From assembly GCA_018657495.1 (NCBI GenBank), contig JABHXA010000002.1, positions 5,472 through 69,471 of the forward strand: 64,000 bases of DNA, in the 5' to 3' direction. Of this stretch, positions 48,031-58,684 are shown piece by piece. The stretch comes from Fidelibacterota bacterium (GTDB lineage: Bacteria; Fidelibacterota; Marinisomatia; SCGC-AAA003-L08; JACNLC01). Numbering within the stretch: the first letter of the stretch is position 1; the number at the start of each line of letters is the position of its first letter. The notes beneath the pieces were generated by a model that saw nothing but the letters and a program-made list of their open reading frames with translations, was not told where the DNA came from and made no database searches. A program made the position numbers and the translations under genes.

Positions 48031-48912
48031 TTATTTATTATTCAACGCGAGTTTTGTTTTCGCTCCAATTTCTGCAACGGATTCGCATACAGAAATCCCA
48101 CATTCCTTTAAAATTCTCATTTTAGCCTCGGCAGTATCATCTCCTCCTGAAACTATGGCACCGGCATGACCCATTCTTCTTCCAGGGGGTGCAGTTTGGC
48201 CGGCAATAAATCCAACAACAGGTTTTGACATATTATCTTTAACCCAGCGTGCAGCTTCAATTTCCATTTGACCACCGATTTCACCAATCAATACAACTGC
48301 GTCTGTTTCAGGATCATTTTCAAATAGCTGCAGAATAGTTTTCATATCGGTTCCAATTATAGGATCACCGCCAATGCCGATGGCAGTAGTCTGTCCAAGA
48401 CCTGCTTTTACAAGTTGATCTATTGCTTCGTAGGTGAGTGTTCCAGATTTTGAGACAACACCAACCGATCCTTTTTTTGTAATAAATCCAGGCATTATAC
48501 CCAGTTTGCATTCATCAACAGTAATTACACCGGGACAATTTGGACCCAATAGCCGTGTACCATTTAAGTCGATTATCTTTTTTACTTCCACCATATCCTG
48601 AACTGGAATTCCTTCTGTTATGCAGACGATAAATTCAATTCCTGCAAATGAAGCCTCAATAATCGCCTCTGCTGCAAATGCAGGCGGGACAAAGATAATA
48701 GAGACATTGGCATCAGTAGCTTCTTTTGCTTCTTCTACAGAATTATAAACAGGAATGGCACCATCTAAGGCAGAAAGACCACCTTTCCCCGGGGTGACAC
48801 CTGCAACGATATTTGTTCCATACTCCAGCATTTGGGTAGCATGAAATGATCCTTCTGAACCGGTAATTCCCTGAACAATTACTCGTGAATTTTTATTAAC
48901 TAAAATAGACAT
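48031..48912 (-). CDS. sucD: Succinyl-CoA synthetase alpha subunit
   Basis: [20 protein letters not shown] and [12 protein letters not shown] (phospho-His). Confidence 0.95.
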   Translation of the reverse strand: MSILVNKNSRVIVQGITGSEGSFHATQMLEYGTNIVAGVTPGKGGLSALDGAIPVYNSVEEAKEATDANVSIIFVPPAFAAEAIIEASFAGIEFIVCITEGIPVQDMVEVKKIIDLNGTRLLGPNCPGVITVDECKLGIMPGFITKKGSVGVVSKSGTLTYEAIDQLVKAGLGQTTAIGIGGDPIIGTDMKTILQLFENDPETDAVVLIGEIGGQMEIEAARWVKDNMSKPVVGFIAGQTAPPGRRMGHAGAIVSGGDDTAEAKMRILKECGISVCESVAEIGAKTKLALNNK

Positions 48913-48926
48913 AATATTTTCCTTTA

Positions 48927-50102
48927 TTAACCGATAGCGGCTTTTACAACTTTTTCAGCCGCATCCTTCATGCTGACTGCGGGTATAATTGAAACTCCAG
49001 AATCCTCAAGTAATTTCTTTGCCTCAATTGCATTTGTTCCCTCTAATCGAACAACAACTGGTACGGATAATTTTAATTCCTTTACAGCTTGAATTACGCC
49101 AGTTGCCACTCGATCACAACGGACGATTCCCCCGAAAATATTTATTAACACAGCTTTTACATTTTGATCCTGAAGTATAATTTTGAATCCATTTTTAACG
49201 GTATCTGCATTTGCGGTACCGCCCACATCAAGAAAATTAGCTGGTTCGCCACCGGATAATTTGATGATATCCATCGTTGCCATTGCCAGTCCGGCTCCAT
49301 TTACCATACATCCCACATTGCCATCTAATTTTATATAATTCAAATTATATTTACCCGCTTCAACTTCAGTGGCATCTTCTTCATGTAGATCCTGCATATC
49401 AGAAATTTCTTTTTGACGATATAAACTATTGTCATCAAAATTAAACTTTGCATCCAGTGCTACAATTTTATCATCCTCTGTAAGAACAAGAGGATTAATT
49501 TCAACCATAGAGGCATCAGTTTCATGGTAACAATTATACATATTCATAAAAACTTTAATTGCTGTTTTTAATGCTGCACCTTCAAGTTCTAATCCATAGG
49601 CGAGATTACGTGCCTGAAATGATTTCATCCCAATTAGTGGATCAATCCAGACTTTCGATATTTTTTCCGGGGTTTCTGCAGCCACAGTTTCTATATCCAT
49701 ACCGCCTTCAGTAGAAACCATAAATACATGATCACCGCGAGCACGATCCAATGTCAAAGCACAATAATATTCATGTTTGATATCCAAAGCCTCGGTGATG
49801 TATACTTTCCTAACTAATTGACCTGTTGGTCCAGTCTGGTGAGTAACCAAATTCATACCGAGGATATTTTTTGAATTTTCCATCGCTGATTCAAAATTTG
49901 GAGAATATTTTACACCACCGCCTTTACCACGACCGCCGGCATGAATTTGGGCCTTTACAACCACTGCTTCCGTATTAAATGTGTCCTGAACCTTCTTGAT
50001 TGTCGCTTCAGCATCTTCAATGCAGTTAATAACAAAACCATCTTGAATAGGTACTTTATATTTTTTCAGCAAAGCCTTTCCCTGGAATTCATGTATCTTC
50101 AC
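48927..50102 (-). CDS. sucC: Succinyl-CoA synthetase beta subunit (GTG start)
   Basis: [29 protein letters not shown], and [10 protein letters not shown] near the C-terminus. Confidence 0.95.
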   Translation of the reverse strand: MKIHEFQGKALLKKYKVPIQDGFVINCIEDAEATIKKVQDTFNTEAVVVKAQIHAGGRGKGGGVKYSPNFESAMENSKNILGMNLVTHQTGPTGQLVRKVYITEALDIKHEYYCALTLDRARGDHVFMVSTEGGMDIETVAAETPEKISKVWIDPLIGMKSFQARNLAYGLELEGAALKTAIKVFMNMYNCYHETDASMVEINPLVLTEDDKIVALDAKFNFDDNSLYRQKEISDMQDLHEEDATEVEAGKYNLNYIKLDGNVGCMVNGAGLAMATMDIIKLSGGEPANFLDVGGTANADTVKNGFKIILQDQNVKAVLINIFGGIVRCDRVATGVIQAVKELKLSVPVVVRLEGTNAIEAKKLLEDSGVSIIPAVSMKDAAEKVVKAAIG

Positions 50103-50136
50103 ATTATTGTCCTTTATTATTTCGAATTATAATAAT

Positions 50137-51090
50137 TTAATCCTTAAAAATTGTCGTACCAGCAGTACCGTCTATAGCTTCTTTCAATTTTGAAATGGAT
50201 GTGATAACCACCTTTTCTCCGTGATATTTCAGAAAGTAAAGCGCTGACCGTATTTTTGGTGCCATTGTGCCTCTGGAAAAATGTCCATCCTTTAGATACT
50301 GTTCAATTTCAGAGGCATTTGCTTTGAGAACCGTTTTCTGATTCGGATTTTTGAAATTTAGAAAGATGTTGTCCACATCTGTTATAATAAACATCTCTTC
50401 TGCTTTTATAACCCTACCCAAAAGGGAAGCAGTACGGTCTTTGTCAACAACACCATTTAATCCTTCCAATCCTTTTTCTTCAGTGTAAAAAGCAGGAATA
50501 CCTCCACCGCCGCCAGCAATAACGATGGTGCCAAAATCAACAAGATGTTTTATAGATTTACCATTAAAAATGTACAACGGTTTAGGTGATGGAACGACTC
50601 TTCGCCACAGATCCGGTTCCTGTTCTTTCACAACCCAGCCGAATTTTCGCTTATATTCCTTTGCCCGTTGTTTTGAATAACTGCGGCCAATAAATTTGAC
50701 AGGATCATGAATGGCTGGATCGTTTTCATCTACCCGCATCTGCGAGATAAAACTGACAACTTCCCTTGGTGACTCTATAGATTTTAAGGCATTTTGCAGG
50801 GATTGCTGGATCATATAACCGATGGCCCCCTGCGTGTTTGCAACGAGGACTCCAAGGGGGAGTGGTGGTGTCACATCAGATGCTATTTCATTGCGAAGGA
50901 GCTCTGCGCCAACCTGGGGTCCATTCCCATGAGTTATGCAGATATTGTATCCCAAATTAACAAAATGGAGAACAGCGAGTAAACTTTCACGAGTATGGCT
51001 AAATTGTTCAGATATAGTTCCAGCTTCGTTTTTAGGAGATAGAGCATTTCCCCCAAGGGCAATCATTACAGTAGGTGTTTTTTTATTCAT
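50137..51090 (-). CDS. arcC: Carbamate kinase
   Basis: MIALGGNALS, ITHGNGPQVG and IAGGGGGIP. Confidence 0.85.
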   Translation of the reverse strand: MNKKTPTVMIALGGNALSPKNEAGTISEQFSHTRESLLAVLHFVNLGYNICITHGNGPQVGAELLRNEIASDVTPPLPLGVLVANTQGAIGYMIQQSLQNALKSIESPREVVSFISQMRVDENDPAIHDPVKFIGRSYSKQRAKEYKRKFGWVVKEQEPDLWRRVVPSPKPLYIFNGKSIKHLVDFGTIVIAGGGGGIPAFYTEEKGLEGLNGVVDKDRTASLLGRVIKAEEMFIITDVDNIFLNFKNPNQKTVLKANASEIEQYLKDGHFSRGTMAPKIRSALYFLKYHGEKVVITSISKLKEAIDGTAGTTIFKD

Positions 51091-51135
51091 TAGAAAAAGT
51101 GGCAGGATTTCCCTGCCACTAATTATGTTCTTTGA

Positions 51136-52452
51136 TTATTTTGTGTATTCCGACAATACATCATCAAGGGTTGGATGCCCGATTTCCTGCAGATCGTAAG
51201 TGACTCTTACAGTAGGATGCTTGATTTTTGCAATTCTGCTTAAATCAATTGGTGTTCCAATGACAACCACATCACAATCGGTATTATTGATAGTAGTTTC
51301 AAGATCCTTCATTTGTTCATCACCATATCCCATTGCAGGAAGAAGAGTGCCAATATTTTCATATTTCTCAAAGGTCTCAGAAATTTTGCCTACAGTAAAT
51401 GGTCTGGGGTCAACTAATTCACTTATACCAAACTTTTCTGCTGCCACAATACCTGCTCCATATTGCATTTCTCCATGTGTTAGTGTCGGTCCATCCTCAA
51501 CCACAAGCGCTCTTTTATTTAGTAGGAGCTTAGGATTATCAACGGTAACAGGAGATGCCCCATCAACAATTATTGCAGTTGGATTGATTTCTCTCACTGA
51601 TTCACGAAGCTCAGTAACGTCAAATGAATCAGCAGTATCAATCTTGTTAATTAGCACAACATCAGCGAGCCGGAGATTTGTTTCACCAGGATAGTAACTT
51701 GTTTCATGGCCGGGTCGATGTGGATCGACAATAGTAATCAACAAATCCGTTTGATAAAAAGACATATCATTGTTGCCGCCATCCCACAGTATCACATCTG
51801 CTTCTTTTTCAGCTTCACGCAAAATTGCCTCATAGTCTACACCGGCATATATTATTGTCCCGGTATTTATATGAGGTTCATATTCTTCCATTTCTTCAAT
51901 GGTACATTTATGCTTTTTTAAATCGGCAATTGATGCAAATCTTTGAACTTTTTGAGCCACAAGGTCACCATAAGGCATCGGATGACGTATAGCAGCCACC
52001 TTCTTACCGGCATCTTTAAGTATTTGAGCAACTCTTCTTGTAACCTGACTTTTACCACAACCGGTTCTAATTGCACATATACCGATAAGTGGTTTGGTGG
52101 ATTTTACTGCTGTTCTTTTTGTACCCATCATCTTGAAATCGGCACCGGCAGCGTTTACGATAGAGCATTTATGCATAACTACTTCATGCGGGATATCTGA
52201 ATAAGAAAATACCACCTCATCCACATCGTGTTTGGCGATTAAACTTTCAAGTTCACTTTCATCATAAATAGGAATTCCATCCGCATAAAGTTTTCCCGCC
52301 AATTCACTTGGGTAAACTCTGCCTTCGATATCTGGAATCTGAGTGGCGGTGAAAGCGACTACATCATATAAATCATTGTCTCGGTAATAGGTATTGAAAT
52401 TGTGGAAATCTCGTCCAGCAGCACCCATAATAAGTATTTTTATTTTAGTCAT
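51136..52452 (-). CDS. Cyclic 2,3-diphosphoglycerate-synthetase-like P-loop protein (function in bacteria unknown)
   Basis: The N-terminus ILIMGAAGRDFHNFNTYYR matches my recollection of this family. A Walker A-like motif IRTGCGKSQV is present. The assignment is from memory only. Confidence 0.45.
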   Translation of the reverse strand: MTKIKILIMGAAGRDFHNFNTYYRDNDLYDVVAFTATQIPDIEGRVYPSELAGKLYADGIPIYDESELESLIAKHDVDEVVFSYSDIPHEVVMHKCSIVNAAGADFKMMGTKRTAVKSTKPLIGICAIRTGCGKSQVTRRVAQILKDAGKKVAAIRHPMPYGDLVAQKVQRFASIADLKKHKCTIEEMEEYEPHINTGTIIYAGVDYEAILREAEKEADVILWDGGNNDMSFYQTDLLITIVDPHRPGHETSYYPGETNLRLADVVLINKIDTADSFDVTELRESVREINPTAIIVDGASPVTVDNPKLLLNKRALVVEDGPTLTHGEMQYGAGIVAAEKFGISELVDPRPFTVGKISETFEKYENIGTLLPAMGYGDEQMKDLETTINNTDCDVVVIGTPIDLSRIAKIKHPTVRVTYDLQEIGHPTLDDVLSEYTK

Positions 52453-52488
52453 TTTTGATTATCCTTTAATCTATATTGTTAATTGATT

Positions 52489-54120
52489 TTAATCCTCTTC
52501 CATAAACGGATATTCGTATTCTGTTGGTGGAAGAAATGTCTCTTTAATTGTTCTTTGTGAAACCCAACGTAGAAGGTTCAGGGGGGATCCAGCTTTATCA
52601 TTTGTCCCAGATGCCCGACTGCCGCCAAATGGCTGTTGTCCGACAACAGCACCCGTGGGTTTATCATTTATATAAAAATTACCAGCAGCATTGATCAGGA
52701 TTTTATGTGCTAATTCAATGGCATATCGGTCTTTTGAAAATACTGCTCCCGTTAAACTGTAAGGAGAAGTTTTATCGGCAAGTTCAAGGACATCCTCCCA
52801 GCTTGAATCATAGACATAAATGGTCAGTACTGGACCAAATATTTCTTCTTCCATAGTTTTGAAGTGGGGATTAGTTGTGACAATTGTTGTCGGCTCGATA
52901 AAGTATCCTTTAGACTTGTCAAAATTTCCGCCGGAGACTATTTCTGCTTCATCTGAAGATTTAGCGTAGTTGATAAATTCTACAATGCTGTCAAAAGCAG
53001 CCTCATCTATAACGGCATTCATAAAATTGGGGAAATGATCCACATCACCCATCTTTATAGATTCCACCTTTGCCACATATGATTGTTTTACGTCATTCCA
53101 GATAGACTTTGGAATATAACATCGTGATGCAGCAGAACATTTCTGACCTTGGTATTCGAATGCACCTCTTACCATAGCAGTTGCCAATTCTTCAGGATTT
53201 GCAGACTCATGGGCAATAATAAAATCTTTTCCACCAGTTTCACCAACGATCCTCGGGTAAGTTTTATATTTGGAAATATTGCTGCCAATTTTCCCCCACA
53301 TGCCTTGGAATACGGCTGTAGAACCTGTAAAGTGTATACCGGCGAGATGCTCGCTATCTAGAACTGGATTTCCCACCTGACCACCTGAACCTGGGAGGAA
53401 ATTGATCACACCATCTGGTAATCCCGCTTCTTTGAACATCTGCATTAAATAATAACCGGAATAAACTGAGGATGAGGCAGGTTTCCAGAGAACAACATTT
53501 CCCATCAATGCCGGGGCGGTTGGAAGGTTACCTGCGATCGAGGTAAAATTAAATGGTGTTACTGCAAATACAAATCCCTCAAGAGGACGGTATTGTACCA
53601 TATTCCACATTCCTTTTGGAGAATATGGTGGCTGTTGCTGATAGATTTCCTGCATATACTGGCAATTGAAATTGAAGAAATCAATAAGTTCACAAGCAGC
53701 ATCAATTTCAGCCTGGTAAACATTCTTACTTTGGTTTAGCATGGTTGCAGCATTTAGAATATCACGATATGGTCCGGCAAGCAATTCAGCCATTCGCTTG
53801 AATATGGCAACTCTGGATTGCCATGGCATTTCTGCCCATGATTTTGCAGCAGATAGGGCAGAATCAATAGCCATCTGCACTTCTTTTTCACCGGCTTTAT
53901 GATAAGATCCAAGGATGTGTCGATGATCCGATGGTTTGACACATTTGCCAAGATTGCCGGTTCTGATTTCTTTCCCACCTATAATAATGGGGATATCAAT
54001 ATTATTGCCTGACATTTCATTCAATTTTGCCTGGAGAGAAAAACGTTCTGGAGAGCCGGATCTGTATTCTCTGATTGCTTCATTTACAGCAGTTGGTACA
54101 TTTACAATTGTATTGTTCAT
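52489..54120 (-). CDS. pruA: L-glutamate gamma-semialdehyde (1-pyrroline-5-carboxylate) dehydrogenase
   Basis: 543-aa aldehyde dehydrogenase with catalytic VGETGGKDF (Glu) and FEYQGQKCSAASR (Cys). Its length and termini are typical of stand-alone PruA. Confidence 0.85.
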   Translation of the reverse strand: MNNTIVNVPTAVNEAIREYRSGSPERFSLQAKLNEMSGNNIDIPIIIGGKEIRTGNLGKCVKPSDHRHILGSYHKAGEKEVQMAIDSALSAAKSWAEMPWQSRVAIFKRMAELLAGPYRDILNAATMLNQSKNVYQAEIDAACELIDFFNFNCQYMQEIYQQQPPYSPKGMWNMVQYRPLEGFVFAVTPFNFTSIAGNLPTAPALMGNVVLWKPASSSVYSGYYLMQMFKEAGLPDGVINFLPGSGGQVGNPVLDSEHLAGIHFTGSTAVFQGMWGKIGSNISKYKTYPRIVGETGGKDFIIAHESANPEELATAMVRGAFEYQGQKCSAASRCYIPKSIWNDVKQSYVAKVESIKMGDVDHFPNFMNAVIDEAAFDSIVEFINYAKSSDEAEIVSGGNFDKSKGYFIEPTTIVTTNPHFKTMEEEIFGPVLTIYVYDSSWEDVLELADKTSPYSLTGAVFSKDRYAIELAHKILINAAGNFYINDKPTGAVVGQQPFGGSRASGTNDKAGSPLNLLRWVSQRTIKETFLPPTEYEYPFMEED

Positions 54121-54560
54121 ATAAATTCCTGATCAATATTTATTACGAATTTGGTCCTAAAAAAGTCGTCAAATTTATTGTGCTTCGTCATTGCGTACCA
54201 AGCAGTATAGCAAAACCAAATATTAAATTTTTCCAAATTCAAAAATAAGAGTTCCACCCGGTCTTTATTGTTAAATCTATTGGTTCAGTCGGATGCTTTA
54301 ATAACTGGCAAAAGTAGGGCTAATCTGTTTAAAATTGTTAGTTCGATAAGCTGAGCTAATTTTATTAACTGCAGATTTAGTAGTCTTCTCAATGTACACC
54401 CGGTAAGTCAACTGACATAGCAAAATATCATAACTCTATATCATTAATTGTTCATATATTTGAACCATCCCACGATTCTAAAATAATGAAGATTTAATTG
54501 AATTGGATCAATTAATAAAAGAATTGACCTATGTTAAAAGTATCAAATGAAGGATTAATT

Positions 54561-56291
54561 ATGAATACTATATATTCAAAAATAGTTACTTTTATCTTTA
54601 TAATAACCATCCCTGCGTTACATACCCAGAGTAATCCCGGTGATAATGATCAGAACAATAATCCCCGTGATTGTATTGAAGACAATTTTAATGATTGCTG
54701 TGAACATCCATTTGAGGTCTGGTTGGATAATGATGATGATGGATTAGGTGATCCGGATAACCCGGCGTTGGCCTGTAGCGATTATTTTGGATGGGTGGAA
54801 AATAATAGCGATCCTGATGATAACTGTTACTCAAATATCATCGATTGTCTTGATATTTGTGATGGAACAGCTTATTATGATGATTGTGAATTCTGTGACG
54901 ATGATACTTCAAACGATGACCTATCCTGCACAGGCTGCCTGGATGAGGATGCCATTAATTATGAACCTGACGCCTTATTTGATTCCGGAAATTGTATCTA
55001 CCCGAGCGATAATATTTGGCATGTCTCAGTTTCAGGATCTGATGAAACAGGTATTGGTACGATTGATAATCCATTTGAGAGTATTACACATACCATTGAG
55101 GCAGCAGTTAGCAGTGACACCATACTGGTGCAACCTGGAATATATTATGAGAATATCAATTACTCAGGAAAGAATCTGGTTATTTGTTCATTGCATTATT
55201 TTACCGGTGATACAAATTTTATCCCGATTACGATAATTAATGGAAATCAAAACGGTAGTGTAGTCACTTTTGAGAATGGAGAGGATTCGACAACTGTGCT
55301 GGCAGGGTTTACAATAATAAATGGTATTGGTTCTGGAATAACTGATATTTCTATGATAGGTGGTGGTATCACAATAAAAAACAACTCAAGCCCCCAATTA
55401 AAGTATCTTGATATAAAAAATAACGCATCCGTCAAGGGTGGGGGGGTGCTAATATTAGAATCTAATCCAATACTTCAAAATCTTACAATACATGGGAATA
55501 ATGTACTAGGGGATATCTCTAATAATTTTGGTGGAGGGATATTTTGTAAGATTAGCAGCCCAGCAATTTCGAACACTAAAATATTTAATAATGAGACCAC
55601 TAGATCAGGTGGTGGAATTGCGTTTAGGCTTTCAAATGCTAGCTTGAGTCGATCCATATTATACAACAATGTAGCTCATCATAAAGCAGGTGCAATAGAT
55701 TTTTCTTCAAGCATGGTAATGGTAAATAATGTAACAATATTTGGTAATCATGCCGACCATGGAGGTGGGGCATTTCAATCATATTATTCTGATTCTCATC
55801 CAATAATTATTAATTCTATTATTTGGGGAAATACACCCAATCAGATTTTAGTTGGTTCTCAAGGTCAAGTTGATTTGCATCACTCGGTTATAGATGATAG
55901 CTGGTATGATGGGATTGGGAATTCGTACGACGATCCAATGCTTAATGATGCATCAAATTGTGACTTTTCTCTTGCTGCATCATCTTTATGTATTGACAAT
56001 GGCACAAATACTTTTGAGAATGATCTAATATCCTTTTTTATGAGCAATGAGGAATATATTGGATATCAACCGGATATGGGTGCCATCGAATCAAATTATT
56101 CAATAAATCATGTTGGAGATATAAATGGAGACTATTTAACTGATATTTTGGACTTAATCGCTTTAGTTAATATCATTATTTACAGTCTGGAACTGTCAGA
56201 ATTAGAATTTTGGATAGCTGATTTAAATGAAGATTCAATTATAAATATACTCGATGTCTTTATGCTGATTGAAAATATATTGTGTACTTAA
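54561..56291 (+). CDS. Secreted MopE-type Cys/Asp repeat - right-handed beta-helix (Pmp-like) - dockerin protein, paralogue 1
   Basis: Start moved to the ATG preceded by TGAAGGA (MNTIYSKIVTFIFIITIPALHTQ signal). It has one CC-PFEVW-DNDDDGLGDP-AC-GWV-DNC unit. GGG(I/V)-containing coils include IGGGITI, KGGGVLI, FGGGIFC and SGGGIAF. GYQPDMGAIES precedes a C-terminal dual D-x-N-x-D segment. Confidence 0.65.
   Translation: MNTIYSKIVTFIFIITIPALHTQSNPGDNDQNNNPRDCIEDNFNDCCEHPFEVWLDNDDDGLGDPDNPALACSDYFGWVENNSDPDDNCYSNIIDCLDICDGTAYYDDCEFCDDDTSNDDLSCTGCLDEDAINYEPDALFDSGNCIYPSDNIWHVSVSGSDETGIGTIDNPFESITHTIEAAVSSDTILVQPGIYYENINYSGKNLVICSLHYFTGDTNFIPITIINGNQNGSVVTFENGEDSTTVLAGFTIINGIGSGITDISMIGGGITIKNNSSPQLKYLDIKNNASVKGGGVLILESNPILQNLTIHGNNVLGDISNNFGGGIFCKISSPAISNTKIFNNETTRSGGGIAFRLSNASLSRSILYNNVAHHKAGAIDFSSSMVMVNNVTIFGNHADHGGGAFQSYYSDSHPIIINSIIWGNTPNQILVGSQGQVDLHHSVIDDSWYDGIGNSYDDPMLNDASNCDFSLAASSLCIDNGTNTFENDLISFFMSNEEYIGYQPDMGAIESNYSINHVGDINGDYLTDILDLIALVNIIIYSLELSELEFWIADLNEDSIINILDVFMLIENILCT
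56115..56288 (+). other. Dockerin-like C-terminal module of paralogue 1 (partly degenerate)
   Basis: GDINGDYLTDILDLIALVNII ... ADLNEDSIINILDVFMLIENI. These are two EF-hand-like D-x-N-x-D loops, each followed by a hydrophobic helix. Confidence 0.6.
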
Positions 56292-56576
56292 ATTTCCAAT
56301 TTGTGCTCTTAAAATTATTTATAATTGGATAATTAATTGGGATATTGAGAATTTTTTATAATTAAACTATAATTGGAACCTATTTTAGGATTTCCATTAT
56401 TGAGAAAATTTGAAATAAAATTAATTCAACTTATAATATTCTCAAATAGAAAATCTAAAACACTAATATTTAAAATTAATAAAAGAATATATGGTTACAT
56501 CATATATTATAAATAGTCAAACCGATCTAATTTTAACAAATAAGTGAATCTAATATAATTATTTGAAGGACACAAT

Positions 56577-58499
56577 ATGAACAATATATACTTAAGATTA
56601 TCCTCCATAATCATTCTCATCCCACTTATATCTGCTCAAAATATTATTGAAATAGAGAACTTTAAAAATAATCTCAATGGCTGCATAGAAGACAGCTTTG
56701 GTGATTGCTGTGATGTCCCATTTGAAGTATGGTATGACAATGATAATGATGGCTTAGGTGACCCGAATTTTCCCGCATTGGCATGTCTGGATTATGTTGG
56801 GTGGGTGACAAATGATAGTGATCTGAACGATAATTGTTTTTCCAACGAATTGGATTGTGCTGATAATTGTGATGGCACGTGGGTTGAGGATCAATTCGGA
56901 ATGTGTTGCTCAGAGCTGCAAACATTCTGGCAGGATTTGGATGGCGATGGTCTTGGTAATCCAAATATTAGCATGGAGGCATGTGATGAACCGGAAGGTT
57001 GGTCGTCATTTCCAGTAGACTTAATGGACAATTGTTTTTCCAACATAAAGGATTGTCTCGGTATATGCGATGGAACTGCGTATTACGATGCCTGTGGTAT
57101 CTGTGATGATAATTCTGAAAACGATAATACAAGCTGTGTGGGCTGTATGGATGAGGCGGCAATAAATTTTGATCCAGATGCATTAATTGATTCAGGAAAC
57201 TGTATTTATCCCAGCGATCATATATGGCATGTTTCAGTTTTAGGGTCGGATGAATTTGGTTTTGGGACTGTTGAGGATCCATATTTTACAATTCAACATA
57301 CAATTGACTCTGCAAGTAATTTGGATACAATACTTGTTCATAGTGGTATTTTTTATGAGAATATTAATTTAAATGGAAAAAATTTACTAATATGTTCACT
57401 TTATGCTTTTACATTAGAGGAACATTTTATTTATGAGACTATAATCGACGGTGGTTATAATGATACTGTGATATTAATTGAAAATGGCGAAAGTGATTTA
57501 ACTTACATAATTGGTTTCACAATTCAACATGGTGCTGGCTCAGGAATATCCAATTCTAGTGTAAAGGGTGGAGGAATAACCATTAAAAATCATTCTAATC
57601 CAAATATTAGTCATTTGGATATTAAAGAGAACACATCTATAAAAGGTGGGGGAATAGTAATACTAGAATCTAATCCTTCGTTAGAAAACCTTTCGATATA
57701 TGAAAATATGCTATTTGGAGATATTTCAAATAATTTTGGTGGTGGACTATTCTGTAAGCTAAGCGATCCTATAATATCACATGTTAGCATATTTAATAAT
57801 GAAACGGATAGAACGGGTGGTGGTATATATTTTAGATTATCCAATGCCAATTTAAGTCACTCATTAATATACAATAATGTTGCTCATCATCGTGCCGGAG
57901 GAATAGATTTTTCCTCAAGTACCGTTACTGTTAACAAAGTTACAATGAGTGGTAACCATGCAGATAATGGTGGTGGTGGCTTTCAGACATATTATTCAGA
58001 ATCTCATCCGATAATTTTAAATTCTGTTATTTGGGGAAACACACCAAATCAACTAATAGCTGGTAGTGGAGGTCAATTTGATTTACATTATTCTGCAATA
58101 GAAGATAGTTGGAATCAAGGGGTTGGTAATATTTACGAAGATCCATTATTTGTTAATTCATACGGAGGAGATTTTTCACTGACTGAATCATCTCCTTGTA
58201 TTGATTCTGGAACTAATTATTTTGAGAGTGAATTAATCTATTTTAATATGAATTCAGAAGATTATTATGGTTACCAGCCAGATATGGGTGCATTCGAATC
58301 TGAATATTCGAATTACTTGGTTGGAGATGTCAACTATGATAACGACGTTAACATATTAGATATAATAATAATTGTAGGATTTATTTTAAATGAAATTGAT
58401 CTGACCGACATAGAAATGTGGTTGAGTGATTTAAATCAAGATGGAGAAATAAATATTCTTGATATTATTATTATGATAAACATTATCACTGGAAATTAA
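56577..58499 (+). CDS. Secreted MopE-type Cys/Asp repeat - right-handed beta-helix (Pmp-like) - dockerin protein, paralogue 2
   Basis: The ATG is preceded by TGAAGGA and the signal is LSSIIILIPLISAQN. It has two MopE-like units (FEVWYDNDNDGLGDP and TFWQDLDGDGLGNP). Its beta-helix is colinear with paralogue 1. GYQPDMGAFES precedes the dockerin GDVNYDNDVNILD ... DLNQDGEINILD. Confidence 0.7.
   Translation: MNNIYLRLSSIIILIPLISAQNIIEIENFKNNLNGCIEDSFGDCCDVPFEVWYDNDNDGLGDPNFPALACLDYVGWVTNDSDLNDNCFSNELDCADNCDGTWVEDQFGMCCSELQTFWQDLDGDGLGNPNISMEACDEPEGWSSFPVDLMDNCFSNIKDCLGICDGTAYYDACGICDDNSENDNTSCVGCMDEAAINFDPDALIDSGNCIYPSDHIWHVSVLGSDEFGFGTVEDPYFTIQHTIDSASNLDTILVHSGIFYENINLNGKNLLICSLYAFTLEEHFIYETIIDGGYNDTVILIENGESDLTYIIGFTIQHGAGSGISNSSVKGGGITIKNHSNPNISHLDIKENTSIKGGGIVILESNPSLENLSIYENMLFGDISNNFGGGLFCKLSDPIISHVSIFNNETDRTGGGIYFRLSNANLSHSLIYNNVAHHRAGGIDFSSSTVTVNKVTMSGNHADNGGGGFQTYYSESHPIILNSVIWGNTPNQLIAGSGGQFDLHYSAIEDSWNQGVGNIYEDPLFVNSYGGDFSLTESSPCIDSGTNYFESELIYFNMNSEDYYGYQPDMGAFESEYSNYLVGDVNYDNDVNILDIIIIVGFILNEIDLTDIEMWLSDLNQDGEINILDIIIMINIITGN
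56682..57239 (+). repeat. 558-nt paralogous block A (Cys/Asp-rich N-terminal module of paralogue 2), colinear with 59697-60254
   Basis: Both blocks are 186 codons from the first Cys of CIEDSFGDCC to HIWHVSV and align without indels. By eye most nucleotide positions are identical, for example the shared string gaggatcaattcggaatgtgttgctc. Confidence 0.8.
58323..58496 (+). other. Dockerin (type I-like) C-terminal module of paralogue 2
   Basis: GDVNYDNDVNILDIIIIVGFIL ... SDLNQDGEINILDIIIMINII. This is a duplicated D-x-N-x-D-x-x-(V/I)N-(I/V)LD calcium-loop plus helix. Confidence 0.7.
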
Positions 58500-58684
58500 C
58501 CATTTTTATTAATTATTTATAAAAAATATCATCTCTAAATGATTAGGGTGAAAATATATGTTTTCTCTGATGGATTTTTTGTTTATTATCTTCATTTCAT
58601 TTAATATAAAATGATTTAAGATTAAATAAAGAATACTAATATTCACTAGAATTTTAATTTAAATTTTAATCATATGGGAGAGAA

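Noticed and set aside
54748-55236. A 162-aa same-strand ORF in an alternative frame inside paralogue 1.
   Set aside because: The annotated frame is supported by conservation with two paralogues across this stretch. The alternative frame has no start context and no paralogous counterpart.
56674-57282. Two His/Pro/Gln/Asn-rich antisense ORFs (56674-56964 and 56968-57282) that look like metal-binding peptides.
   Set aside because: The His richness is a frame artefact of reading the reverse complement of the GAT/GAC/TGT-rich Asp/Cys repeat region. They are fully embedded in paralogue 2.
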